Positions 18,303 through 22,329 of a DNA stretch of 22,329 nt are shown one piece after another. Source of the stretch: Gemmatimonadota bacterium (GTDB lineage Bacteria; Gemmatimonadota; Gemmatimonadetes; Palauibacterales; Palauibacteraceae); NCBI GenBank assembly GCA_039588275.1, contig JBDHAC010000061.1:1-22329 (forward strand). Reading direction: 5' to 3'. Under the pieces are notes generated by a model, which did not search any database, was not told where the DNA came from, and worked only from the letters and a program-made list of their open reading frames with translations. The position numbers and the translations under genes were made by a program. Position 1 is the stretch's first letter; every line of letters starts with the position of its first letter.

Positions 18303-21300
18303 ATGACGGATAGGCCATTTTGCCTCCACGCCTCCCCGAGCGCGGCGGCCCGCTTTACGACCGGCGTTGACTGGTTGCTCGCCCACGGGCCGACCGCCGA
18401 GGTGCTGGTCGTAGGCCACACGATCGACGCGGCACGCGAGCTCTGTCATACGGCCGTGGAGCAGGTCGGCGCGTCGTTCGGGTGGTACCGAACGAGCTTC
18501 CGGGGCCTGACCAGAGAGCTCGCTCCCACGGCTACCGATATGCCGCCCGGGAGCCCGATCGATGGCGTCGGAGCCGATGCCGTCACGGCGCGGGTCACCC
18601 ATCAGCTCGTAGCGGAAGGAGGTCTCGGGCGGTACGAGCATGTTGCAGCCGCCCCCGGGTTCGTCCGCGCCCTGAGCCGGAGCCTCAGTGAGCTCCGGCT
18701 CTCGGTCGCGGATTCGGACTCGCTTGAGGCTGTGGATCCGGACCTCGAGGGCATCCTGCAGCGCTTCTCGGACCGATTGGAGGAGTCCGAGCTGAGCGAT
18801 CGCGCCGGGCTGATCCGTTCGGCCATCGGTGCCATGGGCCGGGAAGACGGTGCACACCCCTGGATCGGGCTCCCGGTACTTCTGCTGGACCTGCCGATCG
18901 AGAATGAGCTCGAAGCCCGTTTGGCGCGGGAGCTGGTGCGACGAGCGGACTCGGCACTCATCACGGTGCCCGCGGGTGACGCCCGGACGCTTGCGGTGTG
19001 GAAACAGCTCACGGACGCCACCAGCACGGACTCCGAGGCGGTTGGTTCCGACGCTGACTCCTCACTCGGGCGCCTGCAATCTCACCTGTTCGAGGGCGTC
19101 GAGTTTCCGCTGAAACGTCTCGACGAGACGGTCACTCTGTTCTCAGCCCCGGGTGAGGGGCGGGAATGCGTGGAGATCGCTCGTGAGTTGCTCCGCGCGG
19201 CTAACGATGGGATCCGATTCGATCAGGCCGCGGTCCTATTCCGCTCACCGACAGAGTACCGCCCTCACCTGAAGGAGGCGCTCGATCGGGCCCAGATCCC
19301 ATCCTACTTCGCGCACGGTGCCCGGCGCCCCGATCCAGCAGGCCGAGCCTTCCTCGCGCTCCTCCGCTGCCGGCTCGAGCGCTTCTCCGCCGTCCGCTTC
19401 GCGGAATACCTGTCCATCGGCCAGGTCCCCGGCGTGAGAGTGGACGGAGCACCCTCCGAGTCAGGACCGGGAGCGGGGCGCTGGGTGCCCCCCGACGAAC
19501 TTCCGCCCGAGCGATACGAAGTTGCCGAGGGCGTCTCCTCGAGAGACTTGGGAGACCTGGCCGCCACCGACGCCGACTCTCCGGTCTTAGGCGGCGCCCT
19601 CCGCGTCCCGCGCCGGTGGGAGAAGCTCCTCGTCGAGGCCGCCGTGGTCGGCGGCATCGACCGCTGGCGCACTCGGCTCGACGGGCTGCACGCCGAACTC
19701 ACCCAACGCGTCGACGCCCTCGCGAGCGAGGACGACCCGGCCACCGAGCGCTTCGAGATCCAGCTGCGCGACCTCGGGCACCTGCGCGAGTACGCTCTCC
19801 CGCTCCTCGAGGAGCTGAACCGGTGGCCCGCCGAGGCGACCTGGGCGGAATGGCTCGATCTGCTCGGGGCGCTAGCGGCCCGGGCGCTCGCGAACCCCGA
19901 TCGCGTGCTCGAGCTTCTCACCCGACTCGCGCCGCTCGGGCCCGTGGGCCCGGTCGGGCTCGACGAGGTGACGCGCGTGCTCCGCCCCCACCTGCTCGAG
20001 ATCACTCGTCCACCAGAGGGCAACCGCTACGGCAAGGTGTTCGTGGGGACGATCGACGAGGCACGGGGACGCTCGTTCGATCTCGTCTTCGTCCCGGGCC
20101 TCGCCGACCACCTCTTCCCCCGACCCGTTCGCCAGGAGGCCATCCTCTCCGACACCAAGCGGGAGGCCATCAACGAAGCATCAAACGGCTCCGGGGCCGA
20201 ATCTCGCGGCGGGGCGAATGGACGACCTCGCCTCAGCCTCCCGACCACGACCGACCGCGTCGCGAACGAGCAACTCCTCCTCCGTCTCGCCGTGGGAGCG
20301 GCCTCGAAGCGCGTCGTGCTCTCCTTCCCGCGCATGGACCTCGCGCGCTCGCGCCCGCGCGTTCAGTCCTTCTACGCGCTCGAAGCCGTGCGAGCGGCCG
20401 AGGGAGAGCTTCCCCTCATGGACGCGCTCGCGGACCGCGCCTCCGCGGTCACGCAGGCCCGCGTCGGGTGGCCCGCCCCCGACGACCCGAACCAGGCTAT
20501 CGACGAGGCCGAATACGACCTCGCGGAACTGGGGCGGCTGTTCCGGGCGGAGGAGGCGGAGACGGGAGCCGCGCACTACCTCCTGAACGTGAACCCCTTC
20601 CTCCGGCGCCATCTGAGGGGCCGGCTCAGGCGCTGGCACACCGGCTGGACGTACGCGGACGGGCTCCTGGATCCCTCAGACCCCGCCCGCGCCGCGCTCG
20701 CCGACAGCCACCCCGACGTCCACGCCTTCTCGGCGACCGCACTCCAGGCGCTCTCGACGTGCCCCTACAAGTTCTACCTGTACGCCGTCCTCCGTCTCAG
20801 ACCGCGCGACGAGCCGGGCCCGATCGAGGAGATGGACCCGCTCCAGAAGGGCGGGCTGGTGCACGAGATCCAGTTCCGGACCGGGCTCGCACTACGCGAC
20901 GCCGGGCTCCTCCCCGTCACCCCCGCCAACCAGGCCGGGGCGCTCGAGATCCTCGACAAGGCGCTGGAGGAGGTCACGGCCACGTACCGCGACGAGTGGG
21001 TCCCCGCGATCCCGCGCGTGTGGGAGGACGAGGTCGCCCGCATCCGCTCGGACCTCCGTCGCTGGATCCGCGAGGCCGCGCGCGAGGAGGAGTGGGTGCC
21101 GTGGAAGTTCGAGCTCGCGTTCGGGCTCGGGGCGGCCGACGCCGGGGGAGAGGAGGAGCGCGACCCCGATTCCCGCGCAGAGCCCGTGGCGCTCGATGCC
21201 GGGATCCGTCTGCGAGGGAAGATCGATCTGGTCGAGATGCGGGGGAGTGGCGGCGGGTACGAGAGTGCGACCGGAGCCGCCGCCGGGCGCGCCCTCCGGG

Positions 21301-21728
21301 TCACGGACCACAAGACGGGTCGCGCCTGGCACGCCCGGGCGCGCGACGGGATCGTGATCGCCGGGGGCGAGGCGCTCCAACCTGTCCTGTACGCGCTCGC
21401 CGCCGAGAAGCTGTGGCCGGAGGCGAAGGTAGCAGGTGGAGGGCTGTACTACTGCACCTCGGACGGCGGGTTCGAGCGCGCGGACGTCCCCCTGAACGAC
21501 GAGGCCCGCCGGGCCGCCGACGCACTTTCCGGCGCGCTTCGCACGGCGTTCGACGATCCCGCCTTCAAGGGCCCGGCGTTCGCCGCGAAGCCAAAGTCCA
21601 CCTGGACCGGAAGGAGCATGTGCGAGTGGTGCGATTTCCGGCCCATCTGCGGCCCGCGCGAGCTCGCCCGCACGGGGCGCAAGCGACGGCCGATCCAATG
21701 GCTCGAGGCCCTGAGGGCCGAGCGATGA
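18303..21728 (+). CDS. addB: AddB-like helicase-nuclease subunit (inactive helicase-like domain plus PD-(D/E)XK nuclease with Fe-S cysteines)
   Basis: SAPGEGRECVEIAR, ARGRSFDLVFVPGL, FSATAL...CPYKF, LRGKIDLVE, DHKTG, LQPVLY and CEWCDFRPIC. It lies directly upstream of a UvrD-type gene. Confidence 0.85.
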   Translation: MTDRPFCLHASPSAAARFTTGVDWLLAHGPTAEVLVVGHTIDAARELCHTAVEQVGASFGWYRTSFRGLTRELAPTATDMPPGSPIDGVGADAVTARVTHQLVAEGGLGRYEHVAAAPGFVRALSRSLSELRLSVADSDSLEAVDPDLEGILQRFSDRLEESELSDRAGLIRSAIGAMGREDGAHPWIGLPVLLLDLPIENELEARLARELVRRADSALITVPAGDARTLAVWKQLTDATSTDSEAVGSDADSSLGRLQSHLFEGVEFPLKRLDETVTLFSAPGEGRECVEIARELLRAANDGIRFDQAAVLFRSPTEYRPHLKEALDRAQIPSYFAHGARRPDPAGRAFLALLRCRLERFSAVRFAEYLSIGQVPGVRVDGAPSESGPGAGRWVPPDELPPERYEVAEGVSSRDLGDLAATDADSPVLGGALRVPRRWEKLLVEAAVVGGIDRWRTRLDGLHAELTQRVDALASEDDPATERFEIQLRDLGHLREYALPLLEELNRWPAEATWAEWLDLLGALAARALANPDRVLELLTRLAPLGPVGPVGLDEVTRVLRPHLLEITRPPEGNRYGKVFVGTIDEARGRSFDLVFVPGLADHLFPRPVRQEAILSDTKREAINEASNGSGAESRGGANGRPRLSLPTTTDRVANEQLLLRLAVGAASKRVVLSFPRMDLARSRPRVQSFYALEAVRAAEGELPLMDALADRASAVTQARVGWPAPDDPNQAIDEAEYDLAELGRLFRAEEAETGAAHYLLNVNPFLRRHLRGRLRRWHTGWTYADGLLDPSDPARAALADSHPDVHAFSATALQALSTCPYKFYLYAVLRLRPRDEPGPIEEMDPLQKGGLVHEIQFRTGLALRDAGLLPVTPANQAGALEILDKALEEVTATYRDEWVPAIPRVWEDEVARIRSDLRRWIREAAREEEWVPWKFELAFGLGAADAGGEEERDPDSRAEPVALDAGIRLRGKIDLVEMRGSGGGYESATGAAAGRALRVTDHKTGRAWHARARDGIVIAGGEALQPVLYALAAEKLWPEAKVAGGGLYYCTSDGGFERADVPLNDEARRAADALSGALRTAFDDPAFKGPAFAAKPKSTWTGRSMCEWCDFRPICGPRELARTGRKRRPIQWLEALRAER

Positions 21729-21829
21729 GCGGCATTGCGGTAGGCCCAGCCATGACCCGCGCCCCGAACCTCGGCGCCCCGAGGCCGGGCGTGCGACCGG
21801 CGACCCGCGCCCGGAAGGCAATCCGATGA
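21725..21829 (+). other. 34-aa spacer ORF overlapping both the addB stop and the addA start
   Basis: ATGA at 21725-21728 and ATGA at 21826-21829. It translates as MSGIAVGPAMTRAPNLGAPRPGVRPATRARKAIR. Confidence 0.5.
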
Positions 21830-22329
21830 CGGACGCCGGTCACCCCCTCGGCCCCCCGCAGGACGACCTCTTCCTGCGCAGCGCGGACCCGAGCGCCCCC
21901 CTGCGCGACGACGACGCGCGCCGCCGAATCCAGGAGGACCTGGACGCCACCTTCTTCGTCGAGGCCGCGGCTGGCACCGGCAAGACCACGGCGCTCGTGA
22001 AGCGCATCGTGGCGCTCCTGAGGGCGGGGAAGGGCGAGCTGCGGCGGGTCGTGGCACTAACCTACACGGACAAGGCCGCGGGCGAGATGAAGCTCCGGCT
22101 GCGACAGGCGATCGAGGCCGCCCGCAAAGAGGCCGAGAGCCCCGAGGAGCGCGCCCTGCTCGAGGAGGCCACGCGTCAGCTGGAGCTGGCAGCGATCGGG
22201 ACGATCCACTCCTTCTGCGGCGATCTCTTGCGCGAGTGGCCGGTGGAGGCCGGCGTGGACCCCGCGTTCCAGGTGCTCCCCGACGGACCTGCCTCCGCCG
22301 TCCTCGACCGCGCCTTCGACGCCTGGTTC
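21826..22329 (+). CDS. addA: AddA-like UvrD-family helicase-nuclease (partial, runs off the right edge)
   Basis: Manual translation gives FVEAAAGTGKTT (Walker A), VALTYTDKAAGEMKLRLR and IGTIHSFCGDLLREWPVEAGVDPAF. Confidence 0.9.
   Translation, partial: MTDAGHPLGPPQDDLFLRSADPSAPLRDDDARRRIQEDLDATFFVEAAAGTGKTTALVKRIVALLRAGKGELRRVVALTYTDKAAGEMKLRLRQAIEAARKEAESPEERALLEEATRQLELAAIGTIHSFCGDLLREWPVEAGVDPAFQVLPDGPASAVLDRAFDAWF

Noticed and set aside
19616..21724. 737-aa alternative-frame ORF inside addB
   Set aside because: Arg/Pro/Gly-rich off-frame translation. Only its last 34 codons, from ATG 21725, are considered separately.

Overview
GC-rich bacterial chromosomal window. The gene content (Ser/Thr kinase-TolB-like-TPR and TM-TolB-like-TPR proteins, tricorn and S9 peptidases, AddAB) resembles Gemmatimonadota, which is an inference only. 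Left part, minus strand: tricorn/S41 protease (internally deleted), FolM/PTR1-like reductase, folB, folK (deleted and frameshifted) and an Omp85/POTRA outer-membrane protein carrying a perfect 42-bp in-frame duplication. Middle: TPR membrane protein, acyl-CoA synthetase, a candidate ~145-nt structured ncRNA, FmdB-type zinc ribbon, OmpH/Skp, two hypothetical membrane proteins, lipoprotein prolyl oligopeptidase, Ser/Thr kinase and a lipoprotein. Right part: a small, visibly more AT-rich islet with an orphan antitoxin, then addB-addA. Most notable observations: (i) chains of mini-ORFs joined by ATGA/GTGA start-stop overlaps that bridge genes, one built from a 17-bp tandem repeat; (ii) the candidate ncRNA, which I cannot assign to a family; (iii) apparent CTG and ATT starts in the folate genes; (iv) three structural lesions within 4 kb, which may be real or assembly artefacts. 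No CRISPR array, tRNA, rRNA or transposase was seen.
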